DNA of 64,000 nucleotides from Polyangiaceae bacterium (GTDB lineage Bacteria; Myxococcota_A; Polyangia; Polyangiales; Polyangiaceae): NCBI GenBank assembly GCA_965222375.1, contig CBDCTZ010000011.1, positions 128,001 to 192,000 of the forward strand, read 5' to 3'. Shown piece by piece: positions 10,184 to 19,968 of this stretch (position 1 is its first letter; each line of letters starts with the position of its first letter). The notes under the pieces were generated by a model. It saw only the letters and a program-made list of their open reading frames with translations, ran no database searches and was not told where the DNA came from. The position numbers and the translations under genes were made by a program.

Positions 10184-13100
10184 GTGATGGTTCGGTGGAT
10201 TCGTTACAGTTTGTTGTGCGCACTTGCGCCGGTAGCCATTGGCTGCGGGCCCAATACTAACCGCCCACATGATGGGCACGACGTAGCTGGAGAGCTCGGG
10301 GGCATGTCTTCAGACGTCGTAGACACCTACGCGGAGCCCTTGGTCGTGGATTGGAACCCCAATCACAGGACCGATCTGGAAGTCATGATGCGCGATCGCA
10401 TCGCGTTGGTTCGCTATCAGAAGAATGCGATCAAAATGCTCAAGGATTGCTCGATACCTGGTGGCTACGGCTACGTCGGGGTCAGCAAGAAGGAGCAGAT
10501 GATTCAGTATGAAACGGCTGACGAGGTCAAAGCGAATCTGCCGGGCATCATGCAGGCCATGGGCGCCAGCCTGGGCGGGGAGCTGTCCAAGGGCTCGGCC
10601 CTGAATATCGGGCTCGTCATCGTGGGCAAGCGCACCGCGGTTCGTACCCGGGCGGAGCGTGGCGATGCGGAAGGGGATTGCGATGGTGCGACTCATTTCG
10701 TGCGAGGCGCGACCGTTGGTGCCTTCGCGATTCAGTCGGGCAGCAAGAGTAAGGCTGCCACGGTGGCGGGTCTGTTCGGCGCCAGCGTCGAAGCCCAGAC
10801 CTCGAGCAGCAAAGTGGTTGGCACCAAAGATGGCAGCATCGAAAAGTGCGCCAACGCGTCGACGGAAGCGGAAAAGCCGCCGGATGGCTGCACATCGTTG
10901 TTGCGCCTCGAGCTGCGTCCCCTTGGCAAAGAGAAGGTCACCGTCGCCAAGGACGCAGAAGGCAAGCAGGTCGTGGTCGCCGGAGTACCCGAGTGTGAGG
11001 GCAATCTGGTCTGGGACGGCGCAAAGTGTACCCCCAAGACTGCGGCCAAGAAGGGTTATGCCTGCAGTGGTAGGGACGCGGGGCCGTGTCGAACCCAGTG
11101 CGACAAGTCCAACGCCAAGAGTTGTGAGCAGCTGGGCCGGATGTATCGCAGTGCGACCGGTGGCGTTGCCAAGGACATGATCCAGGCCGTGGCCTTCTTC
11201 AAGAAGGCCTGCGACCTAGGCAGCGAGTCGGCGTGCTCGGAGCTGGGCTCCCATGCGCTGCTCGGAGCTGGTCTCCAAAAGGACGAGTACAAGGCCTTCA
11301 AGACCTTCGACAAGGCGTGCCGCCAGGGTGACGGCATGGGCTGCACCTTCCTGGGTCGGATGCATCGCGACGGCATGACATCCAATGCCAAGACGGATCG
11401 GGCGCTGCCGCTCTTCAGCCGCGCTTGCTCCAGTGGTCACGCCCACGGTTGTACCGAGCTGGGTGAGCTCTACGAACGTGGCGTCGGCACGGCCCGCAAC
11501 TACAAGAAGGCGCTCTCTTACTACAAGAAGGCCTGCGTGGGTGACGATGCGGACGGCTGCGCCTACTTGGGCATGATGCACGCCACTGGGCGGGGCACCA
11601 CCTTGGACCGGCTCAAGTCCGTCGAGTTGTTCAAGAAGTCTTGCGAGGCCCGTAGCGCCAAGGGCTGCGTGCAGCTCGGCATTGCACACCAGGTCGGGCG
11701 CGGCGTGCAACGCGACGACAAAGAAGCCGCAAAGCACTACAAGATGGCGTGTGAGCTCTGGGGCGGTGCGGAAGGCTGCGCCCGGCTCGGGCGCGCGATG
11801 ATGTACGGCCGGGGCATCAAGCGCGACAACTACAAAGCCTACCAGTTGATCAAGCAAGGCTGCGACAACAACAGCGGTTATGCCTGCAGCCAGCTCGGCG
11901 AGATCTACGAGTTCGGGCGGGTTCGCAAGTCCCGAGACAAGCTGCGAGCTCTAGAGCATTACCAGCGCGCCTGCGAGCTATTCGATGGCGAAGGCTGCCG
12001 CGTCATCGGCATGCTGTACCAAGCTGGGAACGGCGTCCGCAAGGACGACAAGCGTGCCCACGAGTTCTTCGAGCGCGGTTGCCGAACCGGGCACCCTCGC
12101 AGCTGCTTCCACCTGGCCGCCAACTACTACCAGGGCCGGGGCACAGGCATGGACTACAAGCTGGCCCTCCAGCACTTCGAGCATGCTTGCTCCGGCGAGT
12201 ACGCGCCGGCGTGCTCGGATCTGGGCACGGCGTACCACTTTGGCCGGGGCGTTGCGAAGGACACCAAGAAGGCGGCGGAGCTGTTCGAGCATGCGTGCGA
12301 GCTCGGCAACACCACCGCCTGCAACAACCTGGGCTACTACCACGAGAAAGGCATCGTCACCGATGCGGCCAAGGGGCGCTCCCTCGCGCTCTACGCGAAG
12401 TCCTGTGAGCGGCGCGACGCGCGAGCCTGTGAGCGACTAGCGCGCAAGTACAACTATGGTACCGGCGGAACGAAGAAGGACCCCCTGAAGGCCGTCAAGT
12501 ACTACCGCGCTGCTTGCGACCTGCGGTCCTACAAGTCCTGTAACTCACTGGCCTACGCCATGCGTCGCGGGCGTATGGGCATGAAGCCGAACCCGCGGCA
12601 GGCCCTGAAGCTCTACCAGCGGGCCTGCTACGGGCGCTACACCTCTGCCTGCGAGTCGATGGCCGACATGTACATTCGTGGCAACGGTGTGCCCAAGGAC
12701 GTGAAGAAGGGCATCAGCATTCGCGAACGCTCCTGCCGCCAAGGCAAGAGCATGAGCTGCCGCAACCTTGCGCGCATGTACAAGGACGGCAAGGGGGTAG
12801 AAAAGGACATGAAGAAAGCAGCCACGTTCTATGAAAAGGGCTGCAGCCTGCGCAGTAGCAACGACTGCCGCGAGCTGTCGATGCTGCTCGAATCCGGCAA
12901 GGGCGTGAAGAAGGACGCCAAGAAGGCCGCCAACTTGATGCGGCGAGCTTGTTCCTATGGCAACCGACGCGCCTGTGGCGAGATGGGCTACTTCTACGCT
13001 CGTGGCATCGGTGTCAAAAGGGACCGTGAGAAAGGTCTGAAGCTCTTGCGTCGAGGCTGCGCGCGCTATGGTCGCTGGTACAAGGACAAGAAGCAGAAGA

Positions 13101-13195
13101 TCGAGAAGGTCTGGGCTTGCAAGGCGCTCCGGCGTCTGAACGTTCCGCTAGAGACCAAGGTGAAGGCGCCCAAAGGCGGCTTGGTATCCGGCTGA
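10184..13195 (+). CDS. Lipoprotein with uncharacterised N-terminal domain and 18 Cys-bridged Sel1-like (Hcp-type) repeats
   Basis: Lipobox AIGC; 18 repeats of C..LG..Y..G.GV..D...A...Y..AC counted. Confidence 0.88.
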   Translation: MMVRWIRYSLLCALAPVAIGCGPNTNRPHDGHDVAGELGGMSSDVVDTYAEPLVVDWNPNHRTDLEVMMRDRIALVRYQKNAIKMLKDCSIPGGYGYVGVSKKEQMIQYETADEVKANLPGIMQAMGASLGGELSKGSALNIGLVIVGKRTAVRTRAERGDAEGDCDGATHFVRGATVGAFAIQSGSKSKAATVAGLFGASVEAQTSSSKVVGTKDGSIEKCANASTEAEKPPDGCTSLLRLELRPLGKEKVTVAKDAEGKQVVVAGVPECEGNLVWDGAKCTPKTAAKKGYACSGRDAGPCRTQCDKSNAKSCEQLGRMYRSATGGVAKDMIQAVAFFKKACDLGSESACSELGSHALLGAGLQKDEYKAFKTFDKACRQGDGMGCTFLGRMHRDGMTSNAKTDRALPLFSRACSSGHAHGCTELGELYERGVGTARNYKKALSYYKKACVGDDADGCAYLGMMHATGRGTTLDRLKSVELFKKSCEARSAKGCVQLGIAHQVGRGVQRDDKEAAKHYKMACELWGGAEGCARLGRAMMYGRGIKRDNYKAYQLIKQGCDNNSGYACSQLGEIYEFGRVRKSRDKLRALEHYQRACELFDGEGCRVIGMLYQAGNGVRKDDKRAHEFFERGCRTGHPRSCFHLAANYYQGRGTGMDYKLALQHFEHACSGEYAPACSDLGTAYHFGRGVAKDTKKAAELFEHACELGNTTACNNLGYYHEKGIVTDAAKGRSLALYAKSCERRDARACERLARKYNYGTGGTKKDPLKAVKYYRAACDLRSYKSCNSLAYAMRRGRMGMKPNPRQALKLYQRACYGRYTSACESMADMYIRGNGVPKDVKKGISIRERSCRQGKSMSCRNLARMYKDGKGVEKDMKKAATFYEKGCSLRSSNDCRELSMLLESGKGVKKDAKKAANLMRRACSYGNRRACGEMGYFYARGIGVKRDREKGLKLLRRGCARYGRWYKDKKQKIEKVWACKALRRLNVPLETKVKAPKGGLVSG

Positions 13196-13204
13196 CGGCG
13201 CTTC

Positions 13205-13714
13205 GTGTTCGGCAAGTTCCTCAAGCGCGCCAGCGAGGTACAGCCCCTCGCTGGCGCGGAGCAGCTTCTGGCCGTCGTGCGTCGCGAACTGCCCGAGGCC
13301 GACGACGAAACGGTGCAGGTGGTCGCAGCGATCGCCGGGCTGGTCGGCGTCATTGCGTATGCAGATCGCGACTACTCCGAGGCCGAAGAAGCGAGAGTGC
13401 GCGAGGAGTTGGGGCGTGTTCACGGAATGACGGCCTCCGGCGCAGAGGCCATTTGTGCCGTGCTCCGCGAGCACGTGGTCGAAGTCGCAACGGTGCAAGC
13501 CCCGCGCTACTCGAGAACCCTGCGGGAACTGGCAGATCTCGAGCTCAAGAAGGACGTGCTGCAGCTACTCGTCGAAGTGGCCGCTGCAGACGGCGAGATC
13601 TCCCATTCCGAGGTGACTGTATTACGTCAGACCACCCAGGCCCTCGGGCTCGATCAGGCGGACTACAACGAGGCCCAGGCGGCGCATCGCGACAAGATTT
13701 CGTTCTTGCGCTGA
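13205..13714 (+). CDS. TerB family protein
   Basis: IAYADRDYSEAEE and VAAADGEISHSE motifs; 9 bp downstream of the Sel1 gene. Confidence 0.85.
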   Translation: MFGKFLKRASEVQPLAGAEQLLAVVRRELPEADDETVQVVAAIAGLVGVIAYADRDYSEAEEARVREELGRVHGMTASGAEAICAVLREHVVEVATVQAPRYSRTLRELADLELKKDVLQLLVEVAAADGEISHSEVTVLRQTTQALGLDQADYNEAQAAHRDKISFLR

Positions 13715-13749
13715 CGCGCTACGGCCACCGGCGACTGGCTCCGCACCGC

Positions 13750-13834
13750 CCCGCGGGGGTCGACGCAGCCACTTCGCGCTCGCAGCCCGGCCGGACCCGC
13801 GGGTTCGATGTACCACTTCGCGTTTTCAGCCCGG
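13750..13834. repeat. Degenerate ~40-bp direct repeat, 2 copies, intergenic
   Basis: cccgcgggggtcgacgcagccacttcgcgctcgcagcccgg (13750) vs cccgcgggttcgatgtaccacttcgcgttttcagcccgg (13796). Confidence 0.65.
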
Positions 13835-13846
13835 ACTGCGAGCAGG

Positions 13847-15358
13847 TTACTTCTGCAGTCTCGCCACGAAGGCTTGATCGTTGTTGAGGGTCTTGATCCA
13901 GCCGGAGGTGAACACGTTGCCACTCAGATCCGTAGTGACCCCGTAGGTGAACTCGATTTTGCTGGTCTGGTGGACCGTCTGCGTCCAGAGCGCCGCGCCG
14001 GTGGTCCCATCAATTTTGTGCACAATGGCTTCGGTGCTGGTCGAGCCTGGCACGATTCCGCCGCCCGCCACGTAGATCACCGGGCCGCTTGCGATGGCGA
14101 TGTTGAGCGGATTGGTCGATCCCGGGTACTGCTCTGTCCATTTGACGTTGCCGCTCGAGTCGTACATGCGCACGTACGGATCGGACTTGGCATATTGCTG
14201 GCAACCGAGTTTGGTCGGTGTCGTGCTGGCGACGTAGATATCACCCGTCGTGAAGTTGGTGACGACGCGCCCACCGGCGGTCTGCTTTTCCCAGACCAGG
14301 TTGCCTCCACCCGTGTACACCCGCACAAACGGATGTGTCGACGTAAATCCCGACACGATCACGCGCCCAAGGGCATCCGTTGCGACTCCGAGGGCCTGGT
14401 CTTGTCCGGAGGTGCCGAATTGGCGGGTCCAGACGTGGTTGCCGGCGGAATCGAGCTTGCGCAGGAAGGCGTCGCTGTTTCCCAGCGCTCCGGCATCTGC
14501 GCCCGCGTCGGCGCCGCCTTCCAACGGACCCCGCGTCCAGCCAGCAACGTAGATGTTGTTGCTGAGATCGGTGGCTACATCGAGGACATAGTCGTCCTCG
14601 GTGGTTCCAAACTGATGGGTCCAGGTTTCGGTTGGCGCAGTGGCGCCATCGCTCAGCTTGAGCACGTAGGAGTCGAACTTGCCCGCGAAGGGGCCGCTGC
14701 CGATCTTTGCGGCAGCCACGCCTGCCACGATCAGGGCACCCGTCCCGTCCACGGTGAGGGTATAGCCCGTGTCCGTGCTGGCGGAGCCGAATTGATGCGT
14801 CCAGATCACATTGCCGCCGCTGCTGTACTTCCGCAGGTACGCGTCCCCGAATGGCAGGTCGTTGGGTCCGAGTTTGCCGCTCGTGCTGCCGCTCACGAAG
14901 ACGTTGCCTGCCGCGTCCGTGGCGACATCTCGCGCGTCATCGTTGACACTAGTGCCGTAAATCTTGTTCCAAGTGACGGTGGTGCCGCCAACTCCGCCCT
15001 GACAACCCGCGTCGGTCAGAGCGCCCCCAGTGCCACCGCCGCCGCCGGTGCCGCCGCCACCCGTGCCGCCGCCACCCGAGGCCGCGTCCGTTCCAGCGTC
15101 GGTGATCGTCCCGCCCGTTGCGGCCGTGCCCCCGGTTCCGCCCGTCGCAGCGGTGCCCCCGGTGCCTCCCGTCGTGGTCCCACCCGTGCCCGTGGAGGCA
15201 TCCATTCCCGCGCCGCCACCCGTGGTGCTGCCACCCGTAGCGCCGGTTCCAGCGCCGCCGCCAGTTGCTCCACCACTGCCGCCACTGCCGCCGTTGTCGT
15301 CGTCGCTGCCGCAAGCGGCGAGGAAGGCCAGGATCACCCCGAGTGCTCGATACTTCAT
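13847..15358 (-). CDS. Lipoprotein with Gly/Thr linker and SBBP-like beta-propeller repeats
   Basis: Lipobox LAAC; repeats W..QFGT...D....VATD..GN.YV.G...D.FLRK.D..GN. Confidence 0.85.
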   Translation of the reverse strand: MKYRALGVILAFLAACGSDDDNGGSGGSGGATGGGAGTGATGGSTTGGGAGMDASTGTGGTTTGGTGGTAATGGTGGTAATGGTITDAGTDAASGGGGTGGGGTGGGGGTGGALTDAGCQGGVGGTTVTWNKIYGTSVNDDARDVATDAAGNVFVSGSTSGKLGPNDLPFGDAYLRKYSSGGNVIWTHQFGSASTDTGYTLTVDGTGALIVAGVAAAKIGSGPFAGKFDSYVLKLSDGATAPTETWTHQFGTTEDDYVLDVATDLSNNIYVAGWTRGPLEGGADAGADAGALGNSDAFLRKLDSAGNHVWTRQFGTSGQDQALGVATDALGRVIVSGFTSTHPFVRVYTGGGNLVWEKQTAGGRVVTNFTTGDIYVASTTPTKLGCQQYAKSDPYVRMYDSSGNVKWTEQYPGSTNPLNIAIASGPVIYVAGGGIVPGSTSTEAIVHKIDGTTGAALWTQTVHQTSKIEFTYGVTTDLSGNVFTSGWIKTLNNDQAFVARLQK

Positions 15359-15563
15359 ACTTGACCCATATCATCTGGCTCGAGTCCTTGAAAGCCGACG
15401 CGACGTGGCCAGCAACCTGTGCCGCAACTCGAGATGTCAACCGCGTGTTCTGACGCGGCCTATTGCCCGAGCACGCGCCACGCTGTTCAGGACTGCACTA
15501 TCAGCCACGCGTGGACGCGAAGCTTCCGCCGAGCGCATCCCTGCGCGAGCTTCGTCGCCTTCC

Positions 15564-16288
15564 TCAGTTCGAAAGCCCCGCCACGGGGAACGGCTCGCCA
15601 CCTGGCCCGGCCCTGAGCGGGAACGTGTCTTTAACGTTGGGGCAGCCGCTCAACTGGACGTGGAGATCGAGATGCCACACGATCTTGGCGTGGCCGTCGC
15701 CGACGTTGGGCGGCAGATTGCTGAGGGCCGCGAGGGGCAACTTGCCGACGAGCTTGCGCTCGGCGGGTTCAGCAACCAGTTCGATCCGGTGCCGGGCCAG
15801 CTCGTGCGAGCGCTCACGATGCTTTGCCGACGACGCGCCATAGTGCCCGACAGATGCCCCGTAGGAGAGCAGCGTCGACGTTCGCTCATCGACGCGGACG
15901 ACGGCGCTGGCGCCCACGACGCTCTTGAAGCGCTCGACTGGCTGGTCAGCAATGTGACCGCCGCAAGCCGTGTCTCGAGGGAAAATAGATGTCCCTGGTA
16001 CCGGCTCACGCAGCGCGGCGCCGTCAGCTGAAAGGGAAACGTGTTGGTCGCACCCGGATGGAAGGGCCCGGCGTAGACCGATTGGGATGCCAATTGCGCC
16101 CAGCCCGGGTGACCGTCGCTACCCATAGTGAAGGCGTGGACCTCGATCAACAACTCTCCGTTGTCGGGCTGGGCACCAGTGACGGTGAGGTGTCCGGCTA
16201 TCGGCTGCCCAGGTGTGAAGGTCGTGTTCGGGGTATCCAGCTGAATCTGCACCGGGTGCGGACTGGCGACGGCCTTCGGGATCAGCAT
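15564..16288 (-). pseudogene. Arrestin/SpoOM-like beta-sandwich protein split over two frames
   Basis: N part (from 16288) reads ...FPFQLTAP..VSRYQGHLFSL then loses plausibility; C part (15917-15564) ends IVWHLDLHVQLSGCPNVKDTFPLRAGP in another frame. Confidence 0.5.
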
Positions 16289-16368
16289 GTCGCCAGCTTA
16301 GTCGACGCGGGCGGCATCGAGTCACCGCCGTTTTGGGTGTGCGTAGGTCAGCGGCTTGCTGCTGCGGG

Positions 16369-18126
16369 CTATTCCGCGTGGATCTGTTGGTCGATAGGGG
16401 CTGCGGGCAGCTCCGGGTAGCGCTCACGCATCAGACGGTCGAAGTAGTCGCCGAGGGCGGGCATCTGGCCGACGACGGATCGAAAGTCGTTTCGGCTTAG
16501 CACCATCACATCGACCGGAGTCTTGGCTCGAACCGAGGCGGTGCGCTTAGCGTCCTCCAATAACGCACGCTCCCCGAAGACCTCTTTGGGGCCGAGGGTC
16601 GCGATGACCTCGTTTTCGGCGCCGTTCCCGCCGCCCAGCACCTCCACCTCGCCAGCCACCATCACGTAGACTTCTCGCCCCATATCGCCGGCCCGCACGA
16701 CGAACTCACCGGGTTCGAAGTGATACACGCTCAACCGGTCCAGCTGCGCGACCTGCAGCTGGGTGATGTCCCGCGGGAAGAACAAGTCCAACGTCCAGTC
16801 CAATGCGACCCGCAGCTTGCGCACGAAACCCGGTAGTTTCATCAGGTAGACCGTGCGCCAGGCGAACCAGGCTACGAAGCCTGAGAAGCGAATCCCCATC
16901 ATGTCTGCGACGGCACTGCGGTTGCCCAGGGAGGCCAGCATGCCCAGGGCTTTGAAGGAAAACGGCGTCAGGGGCTTGTCGTCGATGGTCGCAACGATGT
17001 TCCGGGCGCATGTCTCCGCTTGCCGGATCGCGAATTGCGCCGTGGGTGGGCACAGCCCTTCGCCACTCGGACTGGGGACTCCGGCGCAGTCCCCAACCGC
17101 GAAAAAGCGCGACTTGTCCACGCAACGCAGCGTGGCTTCGCAAGCGAAAGCGCCTATTGGCCGCCCGCGGTGCTGCGCCACCTGGAAGTCACCAGCGTCT
17201 AGCGCGTAGGTGACGATGGGATTGGGCGCGTTGCCCACGGTGCACACGAAGGTTCGGCAGGGCAAAGTGCGGCCACCCTTGAGATGCACTGCGTCCGGCG
17301 AGGCGGCGCGAACCCGCTCGCCGAGCACCAGCTCGATTCCCCGCCGCTCGAGCTCACGTCCCGCAGCGTTGCCCAGTTTTTCGGGCATCTCTGGAAGAAC
17401 TCGAGCCGTAGAATGCACGATCTGAAACGTCAGCTCCTCCGGGCGAATGTCTGGGAAGCACCGGCGCGAGCGCTCCACCAACTCCCAGAGTTCACCAATG
17501 GTTTCCACGCCGGAGAAACCTCCACCGGCGACCACGAAAGAGAGCAGCGCACGACGTCGCTGCTCGTTTTCCTCAATCGCGGCTAGCTCCAGGCAGCGTA
17601 GTACGTGATTTTTCAACCGAAACGCGTCGCCTAGGGTCTTCAGCGGCAAGGCGTGCTCTTGCACGCCAGGCATGGTGGAGAAATCGCTCACCTTGCCCAA
17701 GGCAAAGACCAAGTAGTCATAGGCAACCCGGCTCAGTTCCGTCGCTTCACCTTGGCTCACCACCACACTGCGGGTCGCGAAGTCGATGCTGCGCACCCTG
17801 CACAGGCGAAACTTGGTGCTGGGCAGCAACTCCCGAATCGGGTTGACGACATGGGTCGGCGCGATGCCACCCGCGGCTACCTCCGGCAACAGCGGTTGAA
17901 ACGTGAAGTAGTTGTTTTCGCTGAGCAGCTCGACTTCCACATCGTTGCGGCGCTTGAGCAGCTTCGCCAATGCGCGGGCCGTGAACACGCCGCCAAACCC
18001 GCCGCCAAGCACTACAATCCGCAGCGTGCCGGGAGTGGCTTTCGCCAGTCGATCCGCGAGCGCCAGCGCGTTCTGTGGCGACAGCGTTGGCCCCGAGACT
18101 GATTTCTTCCCCTGGGGTGCCGCCAT
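16369..18126 (-). CDS. Type II NADH dehydrogenase-like flavoprotein fused to a C-terminal cNMP-binding domain
   Basis: GGGFGG, FQPLLPEVAAG, GGGFSGVE, GD, PPTAQFAIRQA; C-terminal FGERALLEDAKRTASVRA. Confidence 0.9.
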   Translation of the reverse strand: MAAPQGKKSVSGPTLSPQNALALADRLAKATPGTLRIVVLGGGFGGVFTARALAKLLKRRNDVEVELLSENNYFTFQPLLPEVAAGGIAPTHVVNPIRELLPSTKFRLCRVRSIDFATRSVVVSQGEATELSRVAYDYLVFALGKVSDFSTMPGVQEHALPLKTLGDAFRLKNHVLRCLELAAIEENEQRRRALLSFVVAGGGFSGVETIGELWELVERSRRCFPDIRPEELTFQIVHSTARVLPEMPEKLGNAAGRELERRGIELVLGERVRAASPDAVHLKGGRTLPCRTFVCTVGNAPNPIVTYALDAGDFQVAQHRGRPIGAFACEATLRCVDKSRFFAVGDCAGVPSPSGEGLCPPTAQFAIRQAETCARNIVATIDDKPLTPFSFKALGMLASLGNRSAVADMMGIRFSGFVAWFAWRTVYLMKLPGFVRKLRVALDWTLDLFFPRDITQLQVAQLDRLSVYHFEPGEFVVRAGDMGREVYVMVAGEVEVLGGGNGAENEVIATLGPKEVFGERALLEDAKRTASVRAKTPVDVMVLSRNDFRSVVGQMPALGDYFDRLMRERYPELPAAPIDQQIHAE

Positions 18127-18234
18127 GCAGTCCCTACGCTTCGCAAACCCACTGGGTTACAGCTTCCCCCGCCATGCCGCCAGAAGAGGTCTCCGCCAAA
18201 GCGCCGGGTCACGCCAAGGATCCGCTGCTGAGCG

Positions 18235-19689
18235 TCACCCCTTGATCACACCCAGCGGCACCAGCCGCGCCACCTTGCGGGATACGCCGGCGCCATCGAT
18301 GACGTCCACGACGTCGGCGACATCCTTGTAGGCTTCACTCATCTCTTCGGCCAGAGTGCGCAGGCCGCGACTCATGACCTGAATGCCCCGCTCGCGCAGC
18401 TCTCGGTCGATGCGCCGCCCCCGAGCCTGCTTCAGCGCTGCCTTGCGCGACAGCACCCGCCCCGCTCCGTGACAGGACGAACCAAAGGTCTCCTCCATGG
18501 CGTGAGCATTGCCCGCGAGGATGTAGGAGTAGCGCCCCATGTCCCCGGGGATCAACACGGGCTGCCCCACGCCCCGGTAGCGCTCCGGTACGCGCGGATC
18601 CTCCGCCGCGAAAGCGCGAGTAGCCCCTTTGCGATGCACCAGCACGCGCGTCGCCTCGCCGTCGACCAAGTGCTCCTCGAACTTCGCGATGTTGTGACAC
18701 ACGTCGTAGAGCAGATGCGCGTCCAGCTGCTCGACCGAGACGCCCAGCGCACCAGCCACCGCCTGCACTGCCAGGCCCGTCATGACCTGACGATTGGCCC
18801 AGGCAAAGTTGGCCGCCGCCTGCATGGCGCCCAGGTACTGCCGGCCAATGTCCGAACGGATCGGCGCGCAGGCCAGTTGGCGGTCCGGCAACGCGGCGTA
18901 ATCGGCGCCGTACTTTTCATAGCTGCGCGATAGCTGGTGCAAGGTCTCGTCACAAACCTGGTGCCCCAGCCCGCGCGAGCCGGAGTGAATCATCAGGGTG
19001 ACGCTGCCTTCGCGGAGTCCAAACACTTCCGCCGCTGCGGCGTCGTAGATCTCGTCGATGCGCTGCACTTCCAGGAAGTGATTGCCGCTGCCCAAAGTGC
19101 CTAGTTGATTCTGTCCACGCTCCAGAGCGCGCTCGCTGACGGCCTTGGGCTCGGCCCCGGCGAGACATCCCCCTTCCTCTGCAAAGGCCGCGTCGTCCTC
19201 CGAAGCAAAGTAGCCCTGCTCCACGGCCCAGATCGCACCCTTGGCCATGACCTTCCGCAGCTCGGGCTTACTCAACGCCTTGATCGCACCGCCTTCTCCA
19301 ACACCTGTTGGAATCGCCTTGAACAGCTTCTTCACGACGTCCTGGACGCGGGGTGCAACCGCGTCGGCTTCGAGCCCGGTCGTGATCACTCGCACGCCGC
19401 AATTGATGTCGTAGCCGACACCCCCAGGGCTGACTGCTCCCTCCGCGGCATCCACCGCAGCCACACCGCCGATCGGAAAACCATAGCCCCAATGGATGTC
19501 CGGCATCGCCAAGCTAGCGCCAACGATCCCCGGCAAGTAGGCAACGTTACGCACCTGCTCCAGAGCTTTGTCTTTGCGCACCTTCTCCAGCTGCTCTTCG
19601 GCGAGGTACACCCGCCCCGGCACCTTCATGCCGCCTTCCTTGGGGATCTCCCACGCAAAGGGCCCGCGACGCTGCAGCTTCACCGCCAT
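18235..19689 (-). CDS. rtcB: RtcB family RNA ligase
   Basis: MPDIHWGYGFPIGG, GYDINCG, GSGNHFLE, HSGSRG, HN, HRKGAT, SCHGAGR, AYK, terminal IKG; TACCAT 7 nt before ATG 19689. Confidence 0.96.
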   Translation of the reverse strand: MAVKLQRRGPFAWEIPKEGGMKVPGRVYLAEEQLEKVRKDKALEQVRNVAYLPGIVGASLAMPDIHWGYGFPIGGVAAVDAAEGAVSPGGVGYDINCGVRVITTGLEADAVAPRVQDVVKKLFKAIPTGVGEGGAIKALSKPELRKVMAKGAIWAVEQGYFASEDDAAFAEEGGCLAGAEPKAVSERALERGQNQLGTLGSGNHFLEVQRIDEIYDAAAAEVFGLREGSVTLMIHSGSRGLGHQVCDETLHQLSRSYEKYGADYAALPDRQLACAPIRSDIGRQYLGAMQAAANFAWANRQVMTGLAVQAVAGALGVSVEQLDAHLLYDVCHNIAKFEEHLVDGEATRVLVHRKGATRAFAAEDPRVPERYRGVGQPVLIPGDMGRYSYILAGNAHAMEETFGSSCHGAGRVLSRKAALKQARGRRIDRELRERGIQVMSRGLRTLAEEMSEAYKDVADVVDVIDGAGVSRKVARLVPLGVIKG

Positions 19690-19748
19690 CGGGGTCATGG
19701 TAGCGCCAAGCACCGAGCAACGGGCTCGAGATGCTCGGCTTCGACTGT

Positions 19749-19818
19749 GCTCGCCCTGGCGTTACTCACCAGCGCGCCGTACATTCGCTCGTCCTGGCGC
19801 TACTCATCAGCGCGTCGT
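19749..19818. repeat. 32-bp direct repeat, 2 copies, 38-bp period
   Basis: gctcgccctggcgttactcaccagcgcgccgt / gctcgtcctggcgctactcatcagcgcgtcgt (4 mismatches). Confidence 0.75.
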
Positions 19819-19915
19819 CGATTTTTGGTTGGTTGGTTTGGGGATGGCGCGCTCGGTTCGTCATCGACAGTTCTTCGAGGTCCGGCGCGTTCCCATCACA
19901 AGCTGTCCCCAGTGT

Positions 19916-19939
19916 AGAGTTAGTCGATCGACTAACTCT
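19916..19939. promoter_or_regulatory. Perfect 24-bp palindrome, candidate repressor operator
   Basis: AGAGTTAGTCGATCGACTAACTCT is its own reverse complement; sits over the expected -35 of the VOC gene (TACCCT -10 at 19956). Confidence 0.7.
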
Positions 19940-19968
19940 CAAACACCCCGCGTGTTACCCTCCGCACC

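Noticed and set aside
13796..13815. GGGTTCGA resembling a tRNA T-loop
   Set aside because: No T-stem pairing, acceptor stem or cloverleaf
13808..16031. Long + strand Pro/Arg-rich ORFs (518 aa, 333 aa)
   Set aside because: Reverse-complement reading of the Gly-rich linker and propeller gene; the same applies to Pro-rich shadows at 20171, 26738, 34369, 45919 and 60785
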